IMG/VR virus record: IMGVR_UViG_3300032046_000014
Span: 1 to 64,000 of that record
Origin: a virus
Length of the DNA stretch: 64,000 nucleotides
Direction: 5' to 3' (one strand)
The notes beneath the pieces were generated by a model, which worked only from the letters and a program-made list of their open reading frames with translations, was not told where the DNA came from and ran no database searches. The first letter of the stretch is position 1. Each line of letters begins with the position of its first letter. This document shows, piece after piece, positions 26,711 to 36,997 of this stretch. Both the position numbers and the translations under genes were made by a program.

Positions 26711-28920
26711 CTATCAGTGTAACCCTTATATAATCCTTTGACGAAATGCAGAGTTCTTGTTCCACCGCCAACCTTTGCGACATCTACATCTCCATCCCAT
26801 CCGTCAAGCCTCGCATCTGGAACAGTGCCGCTGCTGAGATCGGATGCGCTCAAATCAACATTATGCACTGCCCTAGCAGAACTGATTATTTCCGTTCCCT
26901 GTATCTGCAATGAGCTCGCATTCACTACAGCTGAAGAAGCATCTAACGTCGTGATTATTACAAGCGTATTGAATTTGCCGCTATAACCACGTATGTAAGA
27001 CCATCTATAACTATCATTCCCCAATGCTCTAGCATTATCTGTAAGGGGCAACCAATCAGCATTGACGCCGGCAAGAACTTGAAGCTGATTAAATCTTCCT
27101 GTTTCCGCTCTGATCATCGACCAGCGATAATCATCCTTGCCTAAAGAATAGACATTATCCACACCTGGATAGAGAGACTCGAAAACCTTGCCATAAAGGT
27201 AGAGGTCCATCAGATGAAGTTCTTTCCATCTACGCGGGGGCATTCCCAAATCAAAAGTTTCGTCGCTGTCGGGTATGAAATCATTAGCGGAAGCAATAAC
27301 GGGCGCGTTAAGAAGGATTTTGCTGTTCGCAGCGAGAAGAAGTTCGCCGTAGAGCCGTGGATTCTGCAGTGTGAGCAGATTTCCCGTGTACATTAGCACT
27401 GTCTGCGGAGTTTCTTCTGTATCCTTGAAAGCTAGATATCCCGAGTTCTCGAAAGTCAGCACTCCTCTAAACGCCATGTCCATTATGTATAAGCGTCGCC
27501 AGTAGGCGTCCTCACGTCCCAGATCATACATATCGCCTGCCAGAGGCACTATATTATAACAGTCGAATTCTGTTCCCCATTTGGCTTGAAACTCCATTCT
27601 TGAATCAGTTACATTCCAGAGTTTGAAAGCGTCAATTCCTAATGCGATGACTACGGTTTTTCCGCCGGGAGCCGCGTTTCTCAGTCTGAAAATGTCCGTG
27701 GTGGTTGCTGTTATGTCAACAGTATTCGGTGTTCCACGGCTGTTATCGTCAACAATCAGTCGAGGAATGATTTTCAATCCTCTTGACTGGTCGCTCTGGG
27801 CTGGACTGTCAGCTCTCATGAAGGTGAGATTTTGATTATCAATTAGTTCCGTGTATGGTGGTGGCGGATGGCCTGCGCCAACATCAAAGTCAGCATGGCA
27901 GTCTTGGAGAATGTTGCTTTTGCTTTCTTTTCCTGCTGCTTGATACCAGCTGCTTTCTTTTGTGCCGATCCAGCTGGCATCATGCTCGTCGAAAAGGTCT
28001 ATTCCTATGAGGTAATGAGTCCATTCAATGTCTAAGAATCTGTGTTGGCAGTTGTATCCGTGGATTCTGATGAAGAACGCATTGTAGGGTGCTTCGTCAT
28101 TGCTTTGATTGCCAACTTTGATGGCTGCATTTGTGGTTTTGGAGATTACAATGTCGTCTCCCCAACACCAGTCACACTGACAGTCAATAGCGGTTGCTAT
28201 CTGGTATTCTCCTTCTATTCGAATATTTTTTAATTCTTTAGAATTTCCCTTCAAAGAACTATAGGCCAGATTGATTGCGCTTTCGCTTGCATATCCGGTG
28301 AGGGCTATTACTTTCAGTTGAGCAAAGTCACAGTTGCCAACGCGAATGTGGCCTTTGGCTGAGGTATTCGTGTTTTTGATGGCAATATTTTCTATGTCAA
28401 CATTATTCTTTTTTCCGCTTTCAGTCTTTTCTCTTATTGCATAGTCTGTACCGGTGTAGGTGATGTTCGGTATTATGGTTCCGCCGCCGCCTAGCACAGT
28501 ATTGCTCAAGATTAGGATGTTGTCCTTCCATAGAATCGGCGCATTGGTTATAATTGGATCGCGTATGAACAGTATCCCATAGGACATCCGATTGATACAA
28601 GCATTTGCAACTGCAGCTGCATCTGTTCCATCGATTCCGCCTTCATTGTCTGCTCCTCCAAATTCAAGTCGAAGTGCTTCACCATTTATCCCACAGTAAT
28701 AACCGCCTTCTTCGATGAGTAAATAGGATTCTGCAATCATACTATATGTTGTCATATCCCCGATTTTTCCCACTACTTCAGGCCGGTTGGAGTCAGCATC
28801 GCTGAAAATCAGTGCAAGTTGATCGCCTGGAATGAAGTCTGCTTCGCTCTGAACTCTATAATCCGTGTATGGAGCCGTATTGACCTTGCTGCGATAGACT
28901 CTTACAGTATAGGTTTTCAT
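26707..28920 (-). CDS. tail fibre / receptor-binding protein with pectin-lyase-like beta-helix
   Basis: DAAAVANAC beta-helix entry; four P..D....LG....W repeats; C-terminal TLHFVKGLY; position after hub gene. Confidence 0.7.
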   Translation of the reverse strand: MKTYTVRVYRSKVNTAPYTDYRVQSEADFIPGDQLALIFSDADSNRPEVVGKIGDMTTYSMIAESYLLIEEGGYYCGINGEALRLEFGGADNEGGIDGTDAAAVANACINRMSYGILFIRDPIITNAPILWKDNILILSNTVLGGGGTIIPNITYTGTDYAIREKTESGKKNNVDIENIAIKNTNTSAKGHIRVGNCDFAQLKVIALTGYASESAINLAYSSLKGNSKELKNIRIEGEYQIATAIDCQCDWCWGDDIVISKTTNAAIKVGNQSNDEAPYNAFFIRIHGYNCQHRFLDIEWTHYLIGIDLFDEHDASWIGTKESSWYQAAGKESKSNILQDCHADFDVGAGHPPPPYTELIDNQNLTFMRADSPAQSDQSRGLKIIPRLIVDDNSRGTPNTVDITATTTDIFRLRNAAPGGKTVVIALGIDAFKLWNVTDSRMEFQAKWGTEFDCYNIVPLAGDMYDLGREDAYWRRLYIMDMAFRGVLTFENSGYLAFKDTEETPQTVLMYTGNLLTLQNPRLYGELLLAANSKILLNAPVIASANDFIPDSDETFDLGMPPRRWKELHLMDLYLYGKVFESLYPGVDNVYSLGKDDYRWSMIRAETGRFNQLQVLAGVNADWLPLTDNARALGNDSYRWSYIRGYSGKFNTLVIITTLDASSAVVNASSLQIQGTEIISSARAVHNVDLSASDLSSGTVPDARLDGWDGDVDVAKVGGGTRTLHFVKGLYKGYTDS

Positions 28921-30740
28921 GGCAGGACCTCTCCTACCGCCGGGAACATTGCTTTTGAATCCTGCAGACTCTGTGTTCCAGTCTGGCCTTTAGCAATGTC
29001 TGTGAAGACTCCGGACAACAGGTTTGGACTTATTACCTGCGTGAACCTTCTCAACACCAGCTCCTGAATGTACCCATCTGGTCCAAGCTTATCAATGACG
29101 CCTGTTAGAAAGTAGGTGCCAGCAAGACCTGTAATACCATCATCTGTGAAGTTGCAGGCACTACCAGGCAGCAACTCCGGATCCCCGATGACTGTAATTC
29201 TAATTTCATTCTCGGGATAAAGCAGTTTGAACAATGTCGAATAGGAAAGTACATCACAGTAAATTGGACTTTTCAATGTGCCATCTGTGATTATGGTTTG
29301 TTTTCGCCCATATCTTGCTTGGAAGTTTAGATCAAAACAGGGATTAGTTTGTCCTGAAGGAAATAATGTTGGACTGTTCGTGTCCGCAATAGAATATGCG
29401 CCCTCACCATAAACGGCAACTCTGTTCCGCATCGGAACCCCAGTGACTCTAACTTGCAAGCTTACGATGTCGATGCCCCACTTTTTAACTGCTGGCTTAA
29501 TAATTTCGGTGCTGAGCACGGGTCCCCATGCCAGAGGGAAATCAAAGTTGATGCCTCCTCCCGCTGGATTAATTGTTACCTTACCTGTAACCAAATCTAC
29601 AGCTGTAGCTTGAACCATGTCTGCATAAGCCGGAACCATTCCAGGCTTATTGGCACAGATGAATAATGTTTCACCAACCCAACTTGAGAATAATATTGGG
29701 TCTTTAACATAGAGATAAGAATTACCGGCAGTTATGGGCTGCACAACTGCGCTGATGCGAATATGATCCTTCCACATCAATGTTGGAGTACCATAATGCT
29801 CGCCAGAATCCATCCAATAATACATTTTGTAGAGGCTGCTGATTTTCTCTATGGCTTCCAGAATCGTGGAATCATTGAATGGTAAATATGATACCCATGG
29901 ATTCCAAGCCCAGTACGCCCAGTTTGGTGAGCCCAGCCCAGCTGTGGATAAACCTGCTCTGGTGCCGATGAGATCTTCCATCATGTCTTGCGGGTACATA
30001 TCTATGTAAGTGCCGTCGAAGTTTGTGCCTTCTGCAAGCTTCGCCATATAGTCGCGGCCTGTCACCCGGACCGTGCTGCCTCCGCCTTTGGTGACTGTAT
30101 AGTCTACAGTGTCGATTAGGCCCCATAATCTGATGGTGTTTACGCCGTTATAGCCTATGTATATTTTGACGTTGCGGAAATAGTCAAAGACGGGCTGCTC
30201 CCATGGGCCAACTAAAGCATTTTGTCCGTCTCGGTTGTCGAAGGTCATGTCAAAGGAAGCAGCTTGGCCGCCGAACTGACGTTCTATATTAAGTTCGATG
30301 AGGCCAACTGGTTCGACATACACGCCTATCTCGTTTGCAACAAGCACCTGCCATGATGGTTTCTGGAAGACTGTTGTGTCTGGAAGAAGTAAAAAGTCAA
30401 TTCGGAAAGGAATCTGGCGTTCATAATATTTGATTTGTTCAGCTGAGAATTCCAGTTCCGTGATGACGGCATTTTCGCCCCCGTAATATGTTGGCGTTAC
30501 AAGCTTGGCAACTGTGCCGTTTACCCATGCTATTTCCAGTTGGTTCATCACGGTCTCAGCGTCTGTGCCTGAGAGAATTCCTTCTAAACTTACTTTGACA
30601 AGGTGCCGCTGCTTGCTTTCCAGCGTCTGTCCAATTCCAAGAATGTTTTTGCGAGCTACAGACCGCATGTACGTTCTAATCATGCTTTCTGGATTAATAG
30701 GAAAAGTGATACTTCCGAATTTTGTTTGAGTCAAGACCAT
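28917..30740 (-). CDS. tail tip / baseplate hub protein
   Basis: FDMTFDNRDG, VKIYIGY, GLIDTV, VTGRDY, GDPELLPG hub motifs. Confidence 0.7.
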   Translation of the reverse strand: MVLTQTKFGSITFPINPESMIRTYMRSVARKNILGIGQTLESKQRHLVKVSLEGILSGTDAETVMNQLEIAWVNGTVAKLVTPTYYGGENAVITELEFSAEQIKYYERQIPFRIDFLLLPDTTVFQKPSWQVLVANEIGVYVEPVGLIELNIERQFGGQAASFDMTFDNRDGQNALVGPWEQPVFDYFRNVKIYIGYNGVNTIRLWGLIDTVDYTVTKGGGSTVRVTGRDYMAKLAEGTNFDGTYIDMYPQDMMEDLIGTRAGLSTAGLGSPNWAYWAWNPWVSYLPFNDSTILEAIEKISSLYKMYYWMDSGEHYGTPTLMWKDHIRISAVVQPITAGNSYLYVKDPILFSSWVGETLFICANKPGMVPAYADMVQATAVDLVTGKVTINPAGGGINFDFPLAWGPVLSTEIIKPAVKKWGIDIVSLQVRVTGVPMRNRVAVYGEGAYSIADTNSPTLFPSGQTNPCFDLNFQARYGRKQTIITDGTLKSPIYCDVLSYSTLFKLLYPENEIRITVIGDPELLPGSACNFTDDGITGLAGTYFLTGVIDKLGPDGYIQELVLRRFTQVISPNLLSGVFTDIAKGQTGTQSLQDSKAMFPAVGEVLP

Positions 30741-30805
30741 TAGGTAATCTCCACCAGCGCGCGCCGCAGTCTTATTCTGGATAGATAACTTACGTCCGTC
30801 ATGTT

Positions 30806-31420
30806 TTACACTCCGTAAATGTAAGTATCATCTATATTGCCGCAATAATGGGTTGCGTACGAATAATATCCATAGACTCTTATTCCTACTCTTCCCCCTA
30901 TCGTCTTCCAGAGATTAAGAGTATCATAATAATCAAAGAGGGATGTCCAAACAGAGCCATTATAGTATTCTGCTCTTATTACCAGACCAACAGCATCATT
31001 CCACCAAGTAATTCTTACATTGGTCCAGTTTGAGTCTATAGTATAAAGAGTTTTAACAGTAGTACCAAGTTGAGTTTGAATTCCAGCAACCACTTTGTAA
31101 CAAGCGGCTTGTAAGCCATAACCACTAAGATAATTATAAGGAGAAAACTGCACATAATAATAGTTGTTGTCATCTTGGTATCTAAAGACAATATTTATTT
31201 GTCCAGCGCCAGCTTCCTGTCTCCATTGCGTTTCCATTTTACCTTCTTTTACACTCGCTATTGGTACAATACCAATTTTTATTAGGGCAAGCACACTATC
31301 AGTTGTCCACTGCACATGATGATCTTCTCTTAAACTGCTTGGAGAAGAAACATAATGAACACTATCCAATACCCAATTGGTATTACTGAAATCCCAATTA
31401 CCTGTTGTCATGTAGTCCAA
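30806..31420 (-). CDS. concanavalin/lectin-like tail protein
   Basis: IVFRYQDDNNYY...GGRVGI...IDD. Confidence 0.55.
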   Translation of the reverse strand: MDYMTTGNWDFSNTNWVLDSVHYVSSPSSLREDHHVQWTTDSVLALIKIGIVPIASVKEGKMETQWRQEAGAGQINIVFRYQDDNNYYYVQFSPYNYLSGYGLQAACYKVVAGIQTQLGTTVKTLYTIDSNWTNVRITWWNDAVGLVIRAEYYNGSVWTSLFDYYDTLNLWKTIGGRVGIRVYGYYSYATHYCGNIDDTYIYGV

Positions 31421-31941
31421 GCCTCACTGAATATAACCGCAAATGTTGGTGGATTAAGATAGTTCCAGTCCTCTGAATAGAGGGGCGCGGCAAAGGTTGG
31501 AGGTCCATAGTTCCAAGGTTCATAATACTTGAGAGATGGTGGTGTGGGTTCGCTAATATCGATAGTCACTATTGTAATCGTTATTTCATAGTACACTTGA
31601 TATATGCTTGGAGGAGAATCACTTCCTATTCCTGCTATATGTTGCGGGGGGATTCCCTTCTTTTCAATTGATACAATGTTTGTGATTCGCACTGTTGCTT
31701 CTTCCTCAAAATCGGGAATATTCAAAACCATCAGAGTCTCAGCATCCCAAGCAGCAAGAAGATCATTCAACGTGTCAACAGTTACTTCTACACCTGTAAG
31801 AGTAACCTCCCTGTTTGTGCGACCCATCCAATGAGCATGGTCCGTGCCGTCTGGAATCTCAACAATGACTATATGTGAGGACATAGTTTTTCGCGGAGCT
31901 GGTCCTGCCAGAAAAGTATGCGCACCCAACGTGACTGTCAT
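31408..31941 (-). CDS. distal-tail-like protein, copy 2 (extended C-terminus)
   Basis: near-identical to 31938..32327; downstream of tape measure. Confidence 0.6.
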   Translation of the reverse strand: MTVTLGAHTFLAGPAPRKTMSSHIVIVEIPDGTDHAHWMGRTNREVTLTGVEVTVDTLNDLLAAWDAETLMVLNIPDFEEEATVRITNIVSIEKKGIPPQHIAGIGSDSPPSIYQVYYEITITIVTIDISEPTPPSLKYYEPWNYGPPTFAAPLYSEDWNYLNPPTFAVIFSEAWTT

Positions 31942-32327
31942 GTAGTCTTCACTACTGTAATCGTTATTTCGTAATAAACTTGGTATATGCTTGGCGGAGA
32001 ATCGCTGCCGATTCCCATTATGTGCTGTGGTGGAATTCCTTTCTTTTCTACCGATATAATATTTGTAATTCGAACGGTTGCTCCTTCTTCAAAATCGGGA
32101 ATATTTAGAACCAGTGAAGTTTCAGCATTCCAAGCAGTAAGAAGATCGTTCAATGTGTCGATGGTTACTTCTATGCCTGTGAGAGTGATTTCTTTGTTTG
32201 TGTGGCCCATCCAATGAACTCTATCTTCTCCGTCTGGGATCTCGATCATGCCTATGTGCGAAGACATGATTTTTCGTGGAGCCGGCCCGGCAAGAAAAGT
32301 ATGCGCACCTAGTGTGACTATAGACAT
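31938..32327 (-). CDS. distal-tail-like protein, copy 1
   Basis: immediately after tape measure. Confidence 0.6.
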   Translation of the reverse strand: MSIVTLGAHTFLAGPAPRKIMSSHIGMIEIPDGEDRVHWMGHTNKEITLTGIEVTIDTLNDLLTAWNAETSLVLNIPDFEEGATVRITNIISVEKKGIPPQHIMGIGSDSPPSIYQVYYEITITVVKTT

Positions 32328-34129
32328 TAAGCTCCTCCTGGCACCCTTACTATTTCATTTTGAATATGTCGGCGAAGTCTCAAGGCAACAGTCCGCATGT
32401 CTTCCTCTCTGGCCACCTGTTGCACTTGGATGATAATATCGCCAAAACTGTAATGGTAAGTGATTTGCGATGGCTCAGTTGCACCTCCAAGCTCAGTTCT
32501 AGCTGCAGCATTAAGAATTGCCGCTGACTCGCCTATCTCATTTCCAATTGACATCAAACGGTCAGCTGGAGCCTCAACTCCTACAGGTGTGACTTTCTCG
32601 CCTTTACCAAGCACATAAGGACCCGGTTTGGAAACTTCTTCTATTCCGAATTGACCGCCTGGTAGTTTAAGGCCAGTTGCTGCCTCTATCGCCCGCCTCG
32701 AAGCCTGTTCATCACCACCAACCATTGCTCTAAGACCCGCCGCCGGTGCACCCAGTCCAGTTAGAACTTGGCCTGGCAAAGACTTTTTGAATTCTTCGTA
32801 GGCATATTGCCCTCCTCCTAGCCACCAATCCCAATAGCTTTGTTTATCAGGGTTCCATCCCGCTTTCTTTGCTGCTTCCTCACGATCTTTTTGCGCCTGA
32901 CCAGAAATCTCGGTACTAATACCATAGCCAATTACTGGTGCCATGGCCGCCATCATCCCTGCATAAGGCAACGTTCGAGCTCCAATACTCACTGCAGCTT
33001 CACCGACTCCTCCTCCTGCAGGTGCAAGACCCCCTAATGTTCCTCCTCCTCCGATCCCGCCTCCGATCCCGCCTGCGAGTCCCCCAAGCCCCCTGCAAGC
33101 AGCAAGACCGCCGCACGCCGCTGACAACAATCCTAGATTTGTAACGAGCATAATTACTTGTCCTGCCATTCCAACAACTTCTAACCCAAAGGCTATTCCT
33201 TGAAGTCTAGCTTCTTGCTCAGCAGCCGCGATTTTTTGCATGTCCGCAACTATGTCTCTGCGAGTGTTTTCAACAGTGTCTTTCCAGTCGCCCGTCAACT
33301 TGTTAAGTTTCTCTTGGTCAGTTGCTGTGTTCTTGAAGTCTTCCTGGATTCCTTTCGTAGCCATGTCAATAACAGAGTTCGCGTTCATTGCGAAAGTTCC
33401 AAGAGGGCCAAACTGTTCTGCGTTCCAGCCAATCTCTTCTCCGAGAGCTCGCCAGTTTGGAATTTGGCCATTCTTAATAGAATTCGTCAGCACGTTCATT
33501 ATTGCATTGATTTGTCCTAACGGTACGCCCATTTCTCGAGCTTTTTCTCCCCAGCTTATCAGAGAGCCTTCCCAGTTGGCAACTGCGGCTGCGGCTTCAT
33601 CGCTTTGCGGTCCGAATCTGCCAATGGCAATTATAGTGTCGCCTGTAGCGCGTCTCAGGTCATTGAATGCTGTTGGTGCAAGCACAGCAGCTTTGGCCAT
33701 GTTCTGAAGTTGAGTTGCTATCTGGAAAGTTATCTGACCAAGATCTTTGTCTACTCTGATGACTTCTCTTTGTTGGGCAGCTTGTCTTTTCAAGGAGTCT
33801 AGAAGTTGACTCTGATATTGGATAAGACGGATTTGCCAAACATTCCACTGCGTATACATGCCGATGACTTGGCGGCCGAGACTGCCGACGGTCATCATGG
33901 CACTCGCCATCTGGCTCAACGAAACACTAGCGGAGCGTGTGCTGCCTGTTAGAGCGCCTGCGGAACTGCCTGTCTTATTCAATGTTCCCTGAAATGCGAA
34001 TAGGTTCTGATTTGTTCCTTCCTTAACAACGTTGAATTGTTGAAGGGACTGCTGTGCTTTCAAAAAGTTTGAACTGAAATTACTTGTGTCAGCTACCAGA
34101 GTATAGCCAAGTTGAGGCCCTGCAGACAA
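32327..34129 (-). CDS. tape measure protein
   Basis: N-terminal LVADTSNF; Ala/Gly/Gln-rich helical body; C-terminal LGKGEKVTP. Confidence 0.8.
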   Translation of the reverse strand: MSAGPQLGYTLVADTSNFSSNFLKAQQSLQQFNVVKEGTNQNLFAFQGTLNKTGSSAGALTGSTRSASVSLSQMASAMMTVGSLGRQVIGMYTQWNVWQIRLIQYQSQLLDSLKRQAAQQREVIRVDKDLGQITFQIATQLQNMAKAAVLAPTAFNDLRRATGDTIIAIGRFGPQSDEAAAAVANWEGSLISWGEKAREMGVPLGQINAIMNVLTNSIKNGQIPNWRALGEEIGWNAEQFGPLGTFAMNANSVIDMATKGIQEDFKNTATDQEKLNKLTGDWKDTVENTRRDIVADMQKIAAAEQEARLQGIAFGLEVVGMAGQVIMLVTNLGLLSAACGGLAACRGLGGLAGGIGGGIGGGGTLGGLAPAGGGVGEAAVSIGARTLPYAGMMAAMAPVIGYGISTEISGQAQKDREEAAKKAGWNPDKQSYWDWWLGGGQYAYEEFKKSLPGQVLTGLGAPAAGLRAMVGGDEQASRRAIEAATGLKLPGGQFGIEEVSKPGPYVLGKGEKVTPVGVEAPADRLMSIGNEIGESAAILNAAARTELGGATEPSQITYHYSFGDIIIQVQQVAREEDMRTVALRLRRHIQNEIVRVPGGA

Positions 34130-34132
34130 TTA

Positions 34133-34531
34133 TTATCCTCCTGCCAATTCATTCAGACGTGCGGTAATGTATTCTGGTATTTTTGGTCTGACAGTTTCTA
34201 CCGCATTAGTGAGAAAGAGTTTCGGAGGTACACTTGTTCCTGCTCGAGTTGTCCAGCCGAACTCTTGAAAAAAAGGATATCCAAGAACATTGCTACCGAC
34301 TTGAACTTTTACAATGTTTCCTTCAATGGACTGGTCTAGCATTTGAAGGCTATTGATCAATGTGCCTGTTCTTGACTTCAGGACTGCCATAGCATTTGTC
34401 CTTGCTAAAGACACAATCTCATTAGCCCCATCCCGCATACCTGCTAGTACGACTTCAAGCACTTTTGCTCTCATGCCCTGTAATTTTCTGAGAGCTTCAG
34501 GCATTCCTATCTCTATGATTCTGGCACTCAT
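34133..34531 (-). CDS. HK97 gp10-like tail completion protein
   Basis: RTGTLINS...VGSN...YPFFQEFG...PKLFLTNA. Confidence 0.8.
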   Translation of the reverse strand: MSARIIEIGMPEALRKLQGMRAKVLEVVLAGMRDGANEIVSLARTNAMAVLKSRTGTLINSLQMLDQSIEGNIVKVQVGSNVLGYPFFQEFGWTTRAGTSVPPKLFLTNAVETVRPKIPEYITARLNELAGG

Positions 34532-34827
34532 GTTGGTGGCGCCTTTTGAAATATCATTCCTTCCGGAAGCAGACTTATGCCCTTCTGCTGTCCCCGTCTC
34601 GATTTTGCAGCTGCCATATGCAGTTGCACCTTTAATATAGTCTTCAGTAATTCAGCGTCCACAGCGTCCATCGCCTCAACCTGGGCTGGCGTGAATCCGT
34701 AGGCGGTGGCAAACTGATGTTTTTCAATTGCTTCTTTTGCGAGCGTATCGTCGCCGCAGAGACTTATGTTGTTGGAGTAGATCGCTGCCGCGAGACGCTG
34801 AATGGTGCTAAAGGGGGCGAGTTCCAT
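34528..34827 (-). CDS. tail assembly chaperone, -1 frame C-terminal part
   Basis: overlaps upstream ORF at slippery CCCTTTA; FGF/YGFTPAQVEAMD-type motif. Confidence 0.65.
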   Translation of the reverse strand: MELAPFSTIQRLAAAIYSNNISLCGDDTLAKEAIEKHQFATAYGFTPAQVEAMDAVDAELLKTILKVQLHMAAAKSRRGQQKGISLLPEGMIFQKAPPT

Positions 34828-35291
34828 GCCAGAATTTGAGTGTATAGTATATCCAGGATTGCTCCGTCCAATGTTGTTTTATCAAGGTCTTCTTTGGTTT
34901 TCAGTGGTTCAGGACTTTTGACTGCGCATGTGGTGATGGCAAAATCCATGACGTCAGAAGTAACTTTGACGCCTGAAGATTGTCCTTCACCTGTTTGAGT
35001 AAATGTGCCTGTCAGCCTGTAAAATTCCTGTCTTTCTCGGTATGTCCAGCGTCTTATCTTGAATGTGTTGCTTTCAGTTGGTTTGATTTTGTGGGTACAA
35101 AGTATAGGAGTCGGAGTCTTGTGTTCTGGGTCTTCTGTGTCAAGCATTCCTATTTTTGTGTTACAGACGATTTCTGCTTTGCCCCGGCTTTCGATGATGC
35201 CATTTGTTAGTCTATCGACATGTAGTGTGTTGCATTCGGGACATATTTCGATGAGTATGTCTTTTGTTTTTGTGGAGCTTTCTTCGCTCAT
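34764..35291 (-). CDS. tail assembly chaperone
   Basis: between tail tube and tape measure; FKIRRWT..ER. Confidence 0.7.
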   Translation of the reverse strand: MSEESSTKTKDILIEICPECNTLHVDRLTNGIIESRGKAEIVCNTKIGMLDTEDPEHKTPTPILCTHKIKPTESNTFKIRRWTYRERQEFYRLTGTFTQTGEGQSSGVKVTSDVMDFAITTCAVKSPEPLKTKEDLDKTTLDGAILDILYTQILAWNSPPLAPFSVSRQRSTPTT

Positions 35292-35309
35292 GCCTGTCTT
35301 GGTCTCCGT

Positions 35310-36222
35310 TTAAGTGAGAGATGCTGAGAGTGCTGTGAATGCCCAGCGTTCCAGTGCTACTTCTGTGGGTCGAATGGTGAAGCTATCGAGTCTGTGGAAT
35401 TTGCATTTTGTCAGTGTCAGTATGGATGACGGTGAACTGTTCAAGGTCCAGGCAATAGTACGATCTGTATAATCTACTAGATCAGTGTAGCGGTTTTGGC
35501 TAATCCAGATGAGAGTCATTGTGCCTGTGATGGCTCGTTGTTTTGGCGGAATGAATTCTGCTTGGCCGCTTCCCATCACGTAGATTACTTCTGGGTTGCG
35601 TTCTATTGTCACGGTGATTTCTGTGCATGGAACACCTGGACCGCCTACTGTTACTGGGTTGAGGCCGCCGCTTGTGAAGATCCATGGAGGTGTTGCAACA
35701 TCACCTGCCCAGCTGCCCGTGCCTACTGGATCTGCTGTGCTTGGCTTCGGGATTTCTCGGCATACGATTTCGCCTCTGAGTCTGATTGCTTCGTTCGGTC
35801 TTCCTGTCAAGGTAAGAGTTCTTGGTCTACAACCATTGAGCTTGTAATAGTAGACTGTGCCTGCTGCTCCGCCCATTTTGATGCCGAAGGCTAAGCTTAG
35901 ACTTTTGTCAATGCTGCCAGCTCCTCCGCCCTGTGGATTGATGAAGTATTTGGCCCAAGTGCTTCCTTGCATGAAATGTTCAAGCGTGAACTCATATGAT
36001 TCTTGTCCTTTCAATAGATACGCAGGATCTTCGCTTCCGAGCTGTCGAACTATGATCGGCGGTATGTCTGCTCTGGGATCCCAGCTTTCTGACGGACCTA
36101 TCCAGCTGAGATCAGGATTTGTGGGGAACACTCCAAAGGTGACTTCTTCAACATATTGTGGGTGCTTATAGACGAAACCAGCCGCCGCTTGGCGGGGTTG
36201 TGAAGCTCGGTGGTGAGCTCAT
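35310..36222 (-). CDS. major tail tube protein (5' frame discontinuity)
   Basis: YVEEVTFG..P N-terminal motif lies upstream of the GTG at 36131; GCRPRTLTL, RAITGTMT; the RBS-associated ATG at 36222 is in another frame. Confidence 0.75.
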
Positions 36223-36263
36223 TTCTTTTTCATCTCCTTTTTTCATTCTTTTTTGTTGTACGC

Positions 36264-36791
36264 TTAGCGGTTAACCTGGATTCCGCCTACTATGGCATTA
36301 CGGAATTCGCGCGCCCGGACCGGAAGTATCGAGTGAAGTATGGGGAAGCCTGCTCTTGACGCTGCAGCAGAAGATTTCTGAGAACGCAAAATATCATCAT
36401 CAATGGCGAAGTATTGGTCAGCGCAGATTTCATTTTCGAAGTAGACCCATTGGATGTCTTCAACAGTGGTTTGGTACAGGTGTAGTATTCGTCTGACTTC
36501 CTGCAGCATATATTTACGATTGTTCTTGGCTTGCGCCAGAGCGTCTTTTTCTGTGGTTCGCGGCCGCACCCAGACGTGTACGTGTGCGAGATGATCAAGT
36601 TGTAGCCATTCTGCCGTTAACACTTTAGGAGTGTCGCCGATGGTGACTACTTCTATGCTTGGGTACTTGCGTGACGGAGCCGTTTCACCGGTGTTAAAAT
36701 CAACATGTTTCTTGTCCAAGTTCCCATGGAGCCGCCAATTGTCATATAGCTTTTGGCGTATTGCCTCGGGAACGTCTGTTGTGAATACCAT
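36264..36791 (-). CDS. tail terminator-like protein
   Basis: YPSIEV...HVHVWVR...EVRRIL; upstream of tail tube. Confidence 0.65.
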   Translation of the reverse strand: MVFTTDVPEAIRQKLYDNWRLHGNLDKKHVDFNTGETAPSRKYPSIEVVTIGDTPKVLTAEWLQLDHLAHVHVWVRPRTTEKDALAQAKNNRKYMLQEVRRILHLYQTTVEDIQWVYFENEICADQYFAIDDDILRSQKSSAAASRAGFPILHSILPVRAREFRNAIVGGIQVNR

Positions 36792-36900
36792 TGTCTTTGC
36801 CTTCCATCACGCTACACGCGGTATAGGATCGGGTTGGGCTTTGCGCAACGTTGTCTATTTTGAGGTTAGCCGCTGCGCGCCTGGACAGCTGTTTGACCCA

Positions 36901-36928
36901 CTATATTTTTAAGCGTTCTGTTATAACG
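36901..36928 (-). promoter_or_regulatory. late promoter (shared motif)
   Basis: CGTTATAACAGAACGCTTAAAAATATAG, nearly identical to 48500-48527. Confidence 0.65.
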
Positions 36929-36997
36929 AAAGGAATAATGTAATACTAGAAATTAGTTCTATACATCTTTTTATATAAGCGTGGAGGAATGGAAAGG

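Noticed and set aside
31408-32327. Diversity-generating retroelement template/variable repeat pair
   Set aside because: Differences are not adenine-specific, both copies are full ORFs, and there is no reverse transcriptase in the window.
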